DNA of 63,798 nucleotides, the filler included, from Salisapilia sapeloensis CBS 127946 (taxonomy: Eukaryota > Protista > Oomycota), in NCBI GenBank assembly GCA_023334545.1. It is 5 parts of 5 records of this genome, joined end to end, with 100 filler letters (N's around TTAATTAATTAA, not from the genome) between each part and the next. Parts side by side here need not be neighbours in the genome. Positions count along the whole stretch, not along the records: positions 40,465 to 61,029 come from JAADVB010000297.1; 4 more parts are not named here. One strand, given 5' to 3'. Within the stretch, counting starts at the first letter, position 1. Every line of letters begins with the position of its first letter. Shown here in pieces: positions 40,896-53,811 of the stretch. The position numbers and the translations under genes are program-made. Under the pieces are notes generated by a model. The model was given only the letters and a program-made list of their open reading frames with translations. It did not search any database and was not told the DNA's origin.

Positions 40896-43640
40896 ATGGA
40901 CACATCATGTACCTGTGGCCTGCTACCGTGCATCTGCACTGAAGACAATAACAATTTGGAATTGTTTGTAGAAATTGCCGGCTCAGACACTGTTCAGCAG
41001 TCGGATACGAGCGTTCTTGGTGGCAAACCGTCCAAGTTACGCCAATTGATCGGGTCTAGTTCAGCAAAAGAATGCGTGGATTGTATGTTTTTGCCATGTA
41101 TTTGCCCTCCAGAAGGCACCATAGAGGAGGAGGTAGACGAAGTGCGACGGGAAGAAGGGACAGCAGCGTCAGGAAAGGACGCTCAAGTCAATGACACGGA
41201 AGCTGATGCACAGCAAGTCATCTCACTAGAAGAAGAAAGTGATGAAGAAATGGATGAATACGGACGTGTCTTGCTTCCACAGTCGAAGAGCTTGGCTGAA
41301 CGAGATGAGGATGACGAGTCTGCTTTCCAAGAGCTGTGGGTCGCAAAGGAGCTAAAGCGATTTCTAAAGCCGCATCAAGTAGTTGGTGCTCATTTCCTAT
41401 ATCAAAACGTGCAGAACGACCAAGGATGTATTTTGGCAGACTACATGGGTCTAGGCAAGACGCTGCAAGTGATCACTGTCACGTACTCGTATTTAGTCGA
41501 CAAGCAGCAGGAGGAAGAAGCTGCAAAGACACCGCCAACAGCAATGATTCTGTGTCCAGCAATCTGTATTCCAAACTGGCAGTCTGAGTTCCAGAAATGG
41601 CTCTCACCTCACTCTAGACAACGCTGTCCTGTGTTTGCATTCGATGCTGCTGCGAGTAAAGGGAGTGTGGACTCACGGATGAAGCTCCTTCAGAGCTGGA
41701 AAAGTACTGGGGGCATCTTACTCATGGGCTACGAGATGTTTCGAGGACTATTGAACCCTACATCTTCATCCAGTACGTCCGACCCGGCCATTCAAGTATG
41801 CACTCGCGTGAGTACATCAACGATGGAGGTGACGAGCGCCGTAAGTCGACGTCTGGAAAAGTCTGCGAAAGACTTTACCCAATTACTCTGTTCGCCTGGT
41901 GCAGATCTAGTAGTTTTGGATGAAGGACATCGTATGAAAGACCCGACGTCACTCCTTTGCCAAAGTGTCATGAAGGTAAAGTCACCTCGTCGCCTTGTGC
42001 TTACGGGATATCCAGTCCAAAACTCCTTATCCGAGTACTGGTGCATGGTAGACTTTGCCAGAAAAGGTTTCCTAGGCTCGTACGAGTCCTTCCGATCGAA
42101 CTACGAAAAGCCGATCGTCGAAGGCGACAAGGCCAAGTCCTCGGAGCTGATCGAAAAGCTTCAGAGCGTCGTTTTGCGTCGAGGGCCATCTCTTTTAAGG
42201 ACTCAACTTCCTCCAAAGAAAGAATGGATTCTGTATTGCAAACTTTCTCCTCTGCAGCACCAGTTGTACTGTGATTATCTCCATTCATCGGATAACCCGA
42301 CAGCAAATGACGGTGGGAAGCCGACGACAGATCTCTTGTCGACTTATGCCACGCTCATGCAAGTCATGAACCACCCTGACATTATCCATTGCAAGTTCAA
42401 TCCGAGTAACGATGGAGACTTGGCTGCCATCGAAGCCTCTGAAACTCCACAGCAATCTGTCGTAAGCGACGGATGGGAGTGGGAATCGACCGATCGAACA
42501 GCCCAACGACGTCGGCAGGCACAGGAGACTGTCCGGAAGCGAAAGCAGAAGCGTCTAGATCAGCAAAAAGCACAAGAATGGGCTCGTCCAGCGCTGTTCG
42601 GAAGTACCGAGAACAGCGATGGAAACGCTGGCAATGGGACTTACCACCAGCGCCTGTTGGAGCACAGTGGTAAGATGGCGATTTTGATGCGCATTGTCGA
42701 TGAAAGCTTTGCGTGTGGTGATAAAGTGGTGGTCTTTTCTCAAAGCGTACCGACTCTGCAGATTATTCGTGACTTCTTGGAACAGAGCGAGTTTAATCCG
42801 AAGCCAAAGCCAGTGGTGAAGACACGAGAAGTGTCCGAGCCAGCTTATAAGAAGCGAAAGGGTATGAAGCCAAAGAGAGATCCGGCAGGGATCCTGCGCA
42901 AACGACGTAACAAAGTGACCAAGGCAGCAGGCAACAAGGGTATGAACAGCCTCGAGCCCAACGAGGCGGATGATGCCGATGCCTGGTTCCTCCAGATCGA
43001 TGGTGGTACGAACGGACAGAAGCGGATGGAATATATTAAACGCTTTTCGTCCCAGACGTCGCCTGTGAAGCTATTGCTAGTATCCACTCGAGCGGGTGCA
43101 GAAGGCATCAACCTGCATGCAGCCAATCGACTGGTGCTTTTTGACGTGAGTTGGAACCCTTCCAACGACCACCAGGCTATGTGTCGTTCCCACCGCATCG
43201 GTCAAACGAAGACTGTGCACGTGTACAGACTAGTGAGCACAGGCACGATGGAACGTATGATCTATGAGCAGCAGATGAAAAAGGTGGATCTATCCACCAG
43301 TGTCGTCGACCGAGACGCTCATTCTGAAGTTGAGAAGAAAAAGAACGTGTCGTCGTCCACTTGCACGTCACCAGATAGTGGAAGCGAAGAGGCGGAGACA
43401 CCAGTGCGTGGGTTCTTCGAGCTACCGCCCGCACAAGATCTGACGACTGGTATGTCGAAACAGGATGTAGATGTTGGCGAAGACCAAGTACTGTTAAATT
43501 GTCTCGAGAAAATGGGGCATTGGCTGGTACGTCTATTTAACTATTACATCTTGAACTTATATTCATCTTTCGTGTCGTAGGAGGATGTACTCCCGGTCAA
43601 CCCAACAGAAGATGGCAGTTCGAATGTCCTAGCGGCATAA
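40896..43640 (+). CDS. SNF2-family helicase/ATPase, ATRX/RAD54L2(ARIP4)-like; short terminal exon after an intron ending at 43580
   Basis: GCILADYMGLGKTLQVI, DLVVLDEGH, LTGYPVQNSLSEYWCMVDF, KVVVFSQS, RIDG-like QIDG, LVSTRAGAEGINL.AANR.VLFDVSWNP..D.QA.CR.HRIGQ.K.V.VYRLV. Confidence 0.93.
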
Positions 43641-43732
43641 TAAAAACAAGTTAAAAAACCCAATTGGTACCGTCTCTGCTGACGTACCCCCCATACATTT
43701 GTAGCAACTTGGTCTTATTCACTGTCTCCACG

Positions 43733-44563
43733 ATGCCGTCGGTACCTGTTGGAGTGGACGTTACAGCACACACAGAAGAGCGGAATGTGACGGATCCGAA
43801 GCATAAATTGAAGCTACGCGTGCGGTACTACATCGAGCTCGTTCTCGGTTCGACTCGCACTGAACATACGCGCCTCGCATTCTCTGGAACGTTTAAAGCC
43901 CTCGCTCACTTTCACCGAGCTTTTCTAGATGCTTATATCGACCGGCATGGCGAAAATGCTGTACCAAAAAGCAATCCTAGCACCCCAGATGCACATTCAG
44001 GTAAACTCCAGTCCTTTGTGCTCAAGCTTAAGCGGTCGAATGCAGTGCAGCGAGAGAAGCGACGGAGTACGAGTACTTATAGCAACAGCGATTCTGGTGG
44101 AAGACTATCCACTTCAACTCATTCAGCCCCAGGAATGGGCTCAGTTGCACCACCGATCGTTCCGTTTCCAGAAGTAAAGTTGCTTGACAAGCTTCAGGCG
44201 GAGACGATGGAGGCTCGAGATGATAACAAAACGAGGTTGCGATCGGATGCGTTATTCGAGTACTACTCGTCTTTGCTCAATTCGGAAGATGGAGATTTGT
44301 ATCTTGGTATTATCCAAGCGCATTGCGACCAAGCTGCCGTTGAAAAAGAGAAGGAGTTGAGGGCAGGAGATGCCGTGGACGGGTCGGAATCGAATGCTCG
44401 ATTATCCCAAGGAATAAAGCTGTGGGCCAAACTTTCTGGCAAATCAGTAGAGACAGACATTCGGAAAAGTGGGAAAGAAGTCGCGTTTCAACCTCCCATT
44501 CAGGTCCATCCCAGAGGTACTAAAGTGAAACGACGGCACCGGCGACACAAATCACGGTCATGA
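43733..44563 (+). CDS. Hypothetical protein, possibly with a divergent PX-like fold
   Basis: ATG at 43733. V.VTAH.E...V.Y.I....F..L..FHR...PFPE.K.......R..AL.EY...LL pattern is loosely PX-like. Basic C-terminus. Confidence 0.5.
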   Translation: MPSVPVGVDVTAHTEERNVTDPKHKLKLRVRYYIELVLGSTRTEHTRLAFSGTFKALAHFHRAFLDAYIDRHGENAVPKSNPSTPDAHSGKLQSFVLKLKRSNAVQREKRRSTSTYSNSDSGGRLSTSTHSAPGMGSVAPPIVPFPEVKLLDKLQAETMEARDDNKTRLRSDALFEYYSSLLNSEDGDLYLGIIQAHCDQAAVEKEKELRAGDAVDGSESNARLSQGIKLWAKLSGKSVETDIRKSGKEVAFQPPIQVHPRGTKVKRRHRRHKSRS

Positions 44564-44655
44564 AGACATTCATCATGTATTTGCAGCTCATAACATTTTA
44601 CTTACACTTCAATCCATTGCTTTGCTTTTGCATGCTGATTCGTGTCTTCTTCTAG

Positions 44656-46665
44656 TCAATTTTCATCTGCTTTTAGATTTGTACGATCAGGAATTAGATG
44701 TGCTTTGCAGTACGAGCTGACGGACTGCTCAATGACGGTTTTCACAAATCTATAGCAAACACCCAGCCTAACTTTCGACTTGATGTCCATACTATCACTT
44801 TCCCCTTCTATCTTGGTTCCATGACCATCCACATCCTCCATACTCTTTTGAGCGAGGGGAGGATGAGGCAAATCAGTTTCCACTTCATCTTCATCTTCGA
44901 ACTTCTCATGATACTTACTGAGCAGTCCTTCGAACGGATCGACATTGACGTCAAGTTCATTTGTCGTAGCAGGACGGTCTTTGACTTCTTGCCGAAAAGC
45001 TGCGTGGAGGTATTCATCAGACGAGTCTGTGTCCATAGCCACGCTCATTGCAGCATCCATTTCTTCCAGCAAACGCGCAACATCTTCCACTTTCTCTTTC
45101 TGACTTTCTTCACCCATGTCATCAGTACTAGATTTAATTGTAGAGGGCACATCTAGCTCACTTCTGAAAACGGAAACTTTGAGCTCTACCGGCAATGCGT
45201 GGCCTTTGCTGTCTATACCTTTCACATCATCTTCATCTGTAGCTCCCTGGGTTTCCAAGTTTCCATTCTCCGCCTCGATATTAATTTTTTGCTCTACATC
45301 ATCCTGCTGACTTTCATAGGAAGTAGTAGCAACCCTCGACGGTAGCAAATCAACAGAAGTAGCATCAAGTTTAATTGATGAAGTGAGACTTTTATCTTCT
45401 ATCCCATTTTCCTGAATTTCCATTTCCTTTTCCACGATTGCATTCGACTTGTCATGTCTGCTTAAAACCTCACTTTTTACGACCAAAGCTTCGCTATTAT
45501 TTAAACATCGAGTAGATTCCCGTGTAGATGATTTTGAAGCACTTATTTTATCTGGTTTGTGTATGTCTTGACGAGGTGGCGTTGTTTGCTTTGGCTTCGC
45601 GGATCTGGGCGGTTCCTTGACACTTCGTGGTGTAGCAATTCTTATTAAAATCTTCTCTTTTAAAGGAGTTGAGCTCGTAGAAGATGAAGACGTTGGCCGA
45701 ATATAAGTGCGCTGCCTTCGCTCTTGCTGAAACTTGGCTTGCATTTGATCCATCTTAGAGCGAACGAAGGTCACTTCATCTGCCTTTTTCTTTGTTTCGT
45801 ATTCTTGCTTCTTTACCTCCATCTGCAATCGAGAGATCTTTTGCTTTGACTCAGTAGCAAAATGTGCCATTTCCACTATTCGTTTGGCTTGGCTATTAAT
45901 CGACTTGCGTAACATGGCAATGGCTTCATCTCGTTCCTCGAGTGCGGCACGGAGTTGATTCTTCTCCTCTTCCAGCTCCATCATATAAAAACTTTTGGTG
46001 CTGCTTCTTAGACTTTGCAATGCATCCTCGTACGAAACAATTTCCTGGCTTTGCTGGGAAATCTTTAGACGAAGTTTCTGTATTAAAGTGTGTTGTTGGC
46101 GCTCACGAGCATTTCCACTAGAGCCATCCACAGATTTGTTCGAGTGGTCTCCATTGTAAGTATCGTTCATCATCAGAGACTCTATCCTCTTGTCTTTCAG
46201 CATACTAATTTCTTCTAACCGACGGGCTTTAGCAGCAACCTTCATTCGTTGCGTCTGTTCTTGACTGTATCGAGCTTTCAGATCCCTGACAGCTTCGGAG
46301 AGTCTATGGCATTCATCTCGTAACTTTTCCTGTTGAAAAACCTCTGCTCGCTTTTCGAAGATAGCGTCAGCTGCAGATGACCGTACCGGTTTTTTCGACT
46401 GGATGCGATGCATACTAGGTCGTTTGCCATTCGTATATATCGCTCGGACATTGCTGCTTGCTCCATTAGAAGAAGAGGATCTAGTACGAAGAACTCTACC
46501 TCGGTTGTGAGGCATTTGAGAACTTTCCTGACTTTCATGGGCGTACGATCGTCCAGGTCGATATTGCTGGCTTCCAGTTGGACGAGTTGGCATCCGTGTT
46601 GAGCTAGGTACCGATTCTGGATTATCGGGATTCACCATGTAGAATTCAGGCGGTTCATTTGGCAT
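44656..46665 (-). CDS. Coiled-coil protein, N-terminal region IQCE-like
   Basis: 669-aa ORF. KARRLEE....KDKRIE.L and L.QKL..KI......I...E..L..L.SSTK...MME resemble the IQCE coiled coil; acidic disordered C-half. Confidence 0.6.
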   Translation of the reverse strand: MPNEPPEFYMVNPDNPESVPSSTRMPTRPTGSQQYRPGRSYAHESQESSQMPHNRGRVLRTRSSSSNGASSNVRAIYTNGKRPSMHRIQSKKPVRSSAADAIFEKRAEVFQQEKLRDECHRLSEAVRDLKARYSQEQTQRMKVAAKARRLEEISMLKDKRIESLMMNDTYNGDHSNKSVDGSSGNARERQQHTLIQKLRLKISQQSQEIVSYEDALQSLRSSTKSFYMMELEEEKNQLRAALEERDEAIAMLRKSINSQAKRIVEMAHFATESKQKISRLQMEVKKQEYETKKKADEVTFVRSKMDQMQAKFQQERRQRTYIRPTSSSSTSSTPLKEKILIRIATPRSVKEPPRSAKPKQTTPPRQDIHKPDKISASKSSTRESTRCLNNSEALVVKSEVLSRHDKSNAIVEKEMEIQENGIEDKSLTSSIKLDATSVDLLPSRVATTSYESQQDDVEQKINIEAENGNLETQGATDEDDVKGIDSKGHALPVELKVSVFRSELDVPSTIKSSTDDMGEESQKEKVEDVARLLEEMDAAMSVAMDTDSSDEYLHAAFRQEVKDRPATTNELDVNVDPFEGLLSKYHEKFEDEDEVETDLPHPPLAQKSMEDVDGHGTKIEGESDSMDIKSKVRLGVCYRFVKTVIEQSVSSYCKAHLIPDRTNLKADEN

Positions 46666-47138
46666 GAGACGGTAGGAAGGTGTACTTGAAGGAGGAGTGG
46701 AAACCTTCCTATATCAAGTGATGCTAAGCAATTTGCTACAAAATTCACGCTGTAATATGGCAAATAGAGCACGTACTGCTGAAGGTCATTGCGGTACTGA
46801 TTGTACGCGTCCACGACGAACTAAGTACAACATAAAGAGGAATGAGACAAGTATTTAAATGGGTCATCGTAGAGATATAAAGTATTTGTTCTTATCCCTT
46901 ACATCTTCATCTTCGATATATAAATCCCTTCTACTTGATTCATAGACATCTCTTTGACCTGAGTGTCTACTTTCAGTGTCAGCATAACTAGCATCCATTT
47001 GATCACTCTTCCAACTTTTGTACTTGATTTCGTCAAGAGCCCTGTGCCTGGATTGAAACGGTTACTATAATTATGATTCTTTATCAACGATTTGAAATGA
47101 GAGAATGGTTTTCATTGTCTATGTGAAATATACTCCAG

Positions 47139-48797
47139 CTAGATAAATGGTGGCGACCTTTTCTTCGCTCCTGCTGAATGTGATGCTTTCGAGTGGCCTC
47201 TCTTGAGTTTTTGACTGTGGTAGGGCCTAGTATGCAACTTGTGCGCATTCCTGTCTGTACTTAGGTCTAGTGCTGATGAGGACTGATTTAAGCTGTGCGA
47301 GGCATGGGCATTTACAAATTGAGCACTTCGGAGGCTGTCTGGAGGCACAACGCTATTTGATCTTAAAGCAGATGATTGATACAGGGACATCTTCCTTTTT
47401 TCTGGTGTAACCATTCCTGCTTTGGCAGCGAAAAGAGATACTCGACGTTGATGGTTTTCAAAGGCCTTGCGCTCATGCATTTCATTTACGACTGCGACAG
47501 GTGCAGTATCGTGCATGAACACATTGGGATGCGGCACTGGTACATCGGAATCCGGAAGTTCCTCTTTCGCGTCCAACATGATCGATGGAGAATGAGGTTT
47601 TTTCTCTTCTTTGACAGCTTCTTGCTTCGGAACGTCGTGATTATGATGGGTTTCATTGAAGAGAGATAAGGCTTCAATGTTCATCGCTGAGACTCCTCGT
47701 AAAAAGACTTGACGTAGATTGTCTTCTAGTCGTCTGTACCGAAGCTGTGAAGTTTCTGATTCCTCTTTTGCGTCCTTTAGCGCTTCCTCCAACTGTAATC
47801 CAGACGAATGAGCTTAGCATATCGAGTGTAATGAACACGATGATACCTTGTAGATTTGGCAAGTGAAATTCTCTTGCATTTCCGTCAGAGATTGCTCATA
47901 CTCTGATTGCTGCTTGGCCAGCCTCTTTTCCAGTACAGCTAGGAAAGCTGTACTTTGCCACGACCGAAATAATTTATGCTGTAGTCTCTTTCTGCAATGC
48001 ACAGCCGCAACTGCGATCATTTGCTTTTGGCGCTTCTTAAATAGTGATCTCGCTTTCCAAGACTGAAAGCAACGTTGAGAAGATTGGAAAGAGCTCCAGT
48101 AGAGTTGCTATTCGTCGTGAAAATCAGTATGATGGAGATGAAGATTATGTATAAATATTGAATACTTGTTTCGTCCATCGTTTGATGAAAAAGAGAGAAA
48201 GGTTCTCCATGACGACTGCATTGCGTCGGGATTGATGGCTACTCTCCGTCATGGAAACAACACAATCGTCGATAGTAGTCTACTCGTATTGAAAAATGTC
48301 ACGTTTGTACATCGATAATGAATAAGATGACCGTTAAGTACCTGCATGCGAGCGATTTCATTTGAATGATAATTTTGAAGCTCTACACGTTCAGACTCCA
48401 TGTCCTGGTCCAGCTTTTCTTTCATTTCTTTAAAAGAAACCTAAATGGTCAAATTCTTGATAAGTTATGTACAGCTCTTATTCATACGACAATGAGATGC
48501 ACCATGATTGAACGACGAAGCATGTCTTGCGCATTTGATATGTCTGCTTCAATGGCATCCAAATAGTCATTCTTGCCATGATTCGATGAAGGCTGGTTCT
48601 GATCAATTGGGTTACTACAAAGACACATGACGCGTGAGAGATTTACAGGAAGACTTTATCGAGAGGACATACTTTGACTGAGGTGTTCGCCCGAACTCAT
48701 CTTCTGCGTTTGGTTTGTCTTGAGAACCACATTGAGGTGGATTGGCACCTGGACATTCCCACGACGCGTTTACATCGGTACGACTCGTATCTTCCAT
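47139..48797 (-). CDS. POC5: Centrosomal/centriolar protein POC5-like, multi-exon
   Basis: Exons splice in frame via GT-AG (MEDTS..; NNPIDQ..RRSIM; VSFKEMKEKL..ARMQ; ..). AVHCRKRLQHKLFRSW (Sfi1-like) and RRLEDNLRQVFLRGVSAMNIEALSLF, the POC5 hallmark (KKAFMRGVCALNLEA). Confidence 0.82.
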
Positions 48798-49003
48798 CTT
48801 CACGTTCTACTTTCTCGACCCGACCTTCCAGAAAGCTGACGTCGAAACGGACGACTGCTCCATGCTGGGATTCTGTTAGAGAGACGTGTACAGATTACTG
48901 ATGAATGATAAACAAAACACAGGATTAAAATTATGAAAGATTATCTTTCGTGTTCACACTTAAAAGTAGTTGCGCAAATAAACCATCGCTTAAGCTGACA
49001 TGA

Positions 49004-49924
<921 letters not shown>

Positions 49925-52373
49925 TTAGTTGTTGTTTCTTCCGAGTCTTGTGTCCTAGGCGGCAAATTCCGAAATGACTTCTTCGAGGAAGCGCCTTTTG
50001 AAGACGGTTGAAGTTGGCATACAAATTTGTAGTCAGATGCAAATGTTCTCGCGGTTAGGTTTTCTCAGATACAAAATCCAAGTGTAAATCCGGAGGGGAC
50101 ATTCAGTCTCGATTTTTCCGGAAAACGGTCACACATACATTTTCCAAGATAAATTGTTTCCGTAAAGTCGTTCGGATGGAGAGTCGAAGGTAGAGATCTA
50201 TCTATAGCATGTCGCACGGATCTTTTTTGCCTTACTTGGGTTGATAGCTTGATAGCTTGACAGCTAATGACTACATCATGATGCGGACAGGAAACTTGGA
50301 GGATAGTCATAGGTATTTGCATTTACATCTTATGAAGGAACGCTGGATTGAAAGCTCGTCGCGTGTTTATAGAGCGCTGCGATTGCATGATGCCTGTGAG
50401 ATACCCCGTTGCTTTCTTATCGGGCGACCATTACAGGTAGACCGTACACAATCGAGTAGCGTAGATCTTATCATCATGCTTGGTACTTTAAGCCACGAAA
50501 GAAACCAGAAATCTGATCGAGAATGTCGGATGAGAATATCATGCTATTCCAGCACGTGAACCAGCCTCTATTTGCCCAGTTGGCAAGTAAGAACGATAGG
50601 AGTTCTAGGAGCTTCGTCTTCCAAACGCACAACCGTAGGTTTCGTACAGATATGGTACGATCCACTTCCAGTCCAGAAACAAATCATGGCGACAACTAGT
50701 CTCGTCTGGATCTGTCAATGGCTCCGTCATAGAAAGTTTCTAACAACTTCAATATGTGAGGGATATTAAGTGTCAAGGTACCCATCAACATCCTTTTGAG
50801 GCTGTCAGTCACACACTCATGATCTTGTGCTCTTTTAGAACAAGGATACGTAAAAATTGGAGACAGAAGGAGAGATACAACTATCGGGAGTGTATCTATA
50901 GGTGACGGAGTATCATGGTGGTGGGTACAGCAAATTATGTACATGCAGCCTCGAGCGCGGCAATTTGTATCCAGCTTTCGGCTGCACTTACCAAATGGCT
51001 ATAAAAGCATCAGTGCGCACCTTAAACCAATTGCAAGGAGACTTCGTTTCGTGATTAACATATAATCGCATGATGCAGATCAGCTATTAAATCGCAATGA
51101 AGCAAAAGCATCCTTTAGAAAGTGCTATTAGACACTTGATTGATAAGTTAGAGTCGACCTGCAACCCTTTAATGCATACTAGAATACCCGTTGTGCCTCT
51201 TGTCGCGGAGAAGAACTTTAGTATCGACGTAAAGCGAACAATACCCAAATGAGAAAAATAAAACGTCGCAAGATCCTGTACTAAGAAACCAGACTTAATA
51301 TCTTTTCAATAGTCACATACGTAGACTCCAACAAGAAAGCGACTACTGGTCGGAGACGGAGCCTCTTTACCAAGATCGACTTACATAGCTCCCACTTTTG
51401 GAAGGACCGATTCTGTGTCATAGTTGACTTGGCATGTATAGCTACTGCATGTCTGACTATATGATCCTTCACTCTCGTACTCTACCGAGACCATTGAAAA
51501 GTGTATCGTGGAATGCAGACTACTTGAATGAGCAGTCAATGACCTACTACGTCGATAATTTTCTACTTAATGACGAAGACTTGGAGAAGTCGGGATCTGT
51601 CGACACGTTTTCATGCAAAAAGAATTTCTCAAGCTTAACACGGTTACATGATCCTATCCTCCGACATTTTACCTTTGCAATTCAAGCAAGCGTCAATGTG
51701 TCGAAACAGACACATCTTTTCACTCATCTTCTTCACCATCACTTGACAACTCCACATTCAGTAGCAACAACTATTCCTTCAACGAACAATTAAACAGTGG
51801 CAAGTCTAGCGCAAATGTGCTTCTTCTATCTTAAGTTCCTTTCGCTTGGGCCCCTTAATGCCCTTTGCTTATTTGACTTCATGCTTGCAAACCCCGAGTC
51901 TAGGAGTTCGTACTACAGCCGAGGTTACCATCCTTGTATTTTTATGATCGACATGAGCCTCAATACTTTGTCAACAATACAAGGTTGTCACGCTTGCTAC
52001 AAGATTGCACACGTATAGTTGATGTGCATAATGGTGGAAACCTTCACCCTACACAGAAGATAATGCGATTTTAAAACGCAACTGAATAACAAGTACGCAA
52101 TGGGAAATCGATCTTGCAACTGCTATAGCATCGAGTGCTTTCATCCTCTATTCCAATGCCGTTGTAATCTAAACTAAACTTCTATGGTAAGCTAGACCTG
52201 ACTGAAAAACCATTCCATCTGAGTAAATGCAATCAACTTTCTGATCTTCAATCATCTCGAGTACCTCAACGGCATGTGCATCTAGCGTGTTTGCAATGTC
52301 CCGATAGTAAACAACGAATGAGACAACAAATCTGGAGCTTATCAGCGGCATCGATTGACCGCTTCTATAGCTC

Positions 52374-53724
52374 ATGCCAGACACCGAAGATGGAACCTTC
52401 GAGCTTGCTCGCAAGGTGCATGCTTTTTCAACTCAATCCCCATTCTATATACCTACGACTTACAAGAAGACGTAATTTTAAGAATACTTGTACGACATAG
52501 GTGCGGTGCTTGGAAGCTATTGTAGCAGAGCGTGAGCATTCCAACTACATTGTTGGAACAACCGACCTTCACCGTGAAAATCTAGTATGCTATATGCTTG
52601 CACGACAGCATTTCTTTAGTCTAAACGCATACATTGTTTCTTTATAGCTACTTGTTCTATCCTACGACAAATCTACCAACAAGATCGCCCAGCATAGCGC
52701 TTACGCCCATCCGAACCAAGTTCTTGACGTCGCTCCTAATCCAACGGATGCTCAAATCGTAGCAACCTGCCACAAATCCCATGGTAGCACTCCGACAGCT
52801 ACATTATGGAAAATGCCGGAAGCAAATACGGATGTGTCGTCACCGCGTTCACCAACTTCTTCCGCCCCGGCACTTGCACTAGAAACTATTTCAGACTTTT
52901 CGCTTGAAAGGCAGCCCATCAATCGGTACAAGCCTTTGCCTTTTTGTACTGCCTGCATTAATAGCTGAATCGATCATCTGCTTAGAGTTGTGTGGAATCC
53001 ATTTCCAGACAGTACATCCACTTCGGAACTTTCGACAGCACATGAGTCAGTTGTTCGTACTTGGACACTAGAAAACGGTGCATTGGAAGCAAAGGATCGA
53101 CTGGAACTCGACCTGTCCATGGGTGGGCAAAGTCGTCTAGATCAGTTGGTGTGGGATCCGCACCACAGGAGCTGCCTCTCATTTACCCTCGGCAATGCCA
53201 TTCAAACATGGGACACCCGCACCTCGTCAATCATTCACTGCGTCTCGAATCCACATTTGGCATCCACCTTGTCCTTGGACTACAATCCGAATCGACCACA
53301 TTGTCTCCTATCCGGCGGAGATGATGGCAAGATCAAGTTCTGGGATCTCCGCAAACCGTCTTTGCCACTGAAATCTCTCCAAGCGCACGATCATTGGGTG
53401 ACAAAAGCCAAGTTCAATCGGTATCACGACCAACTCGTCCTGACATCCAGTTCGGATGCGAGTGTTGCTCTCTGGCGTGTCTCCAGCGTCTCTTCCTCCC
53501 CGCTTGTTGACTTATCAGAAGAGGACTTGGCCATGGGAGAGCGTCACAAAGTATCGGACGTTCTCGACGGTCACGTGGCAACAGAGTTGGGTGACCACCA
53601 GGACTCGGTGTACGGCGTCTCTTGGGCAGCGCATGACTCGTGGAGCTTTGCTTCTGTTTCATATGATGGCAAAGTCGCTATGAACCAAGTTCCATCGTCT
53701 GAAAAATATAAAATTTTGCTGTAA
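52374..53724 (+). CDS. EIPR1: WD40 protein EIPR1/TSSC1 (EARP- and GARP-interacting protein), 4 exons
   Basis: Introns 52416-52500, 52585-52647 and 52926-52985 give MPDT..|VRCLEAIVAE..YIVGT..LH.EN|..ATLWKMPE..|..WDPHH, LDYNPNRPHCLLSGGDDGKIKFWDLRK, HDHWV....FN.YHDQLVLTSSSD..V.LW, HQDSVYG.SWAA.DSW.FASVSYDG, and the terminus VPSSEKYKILL typical of TSSC1. Confidence 0.9.
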
Positions 53725-53811
53725 TGGCCAACCAGTTCTTTTATATTTCAATTCCGCGCTACAAGATGCAACGACTTAAAGCTTAGACACACTTTATATG
53801 CTTTCCGTCGC

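Noticed and set aside
50842-50849. Minus-strand GTATCCTT resembling a U12-type 5' splice site
   Set aside because: No supporting exon context or U12 branch site. An 8-mer of this kind is expected by chance in 64 kb on two strands.
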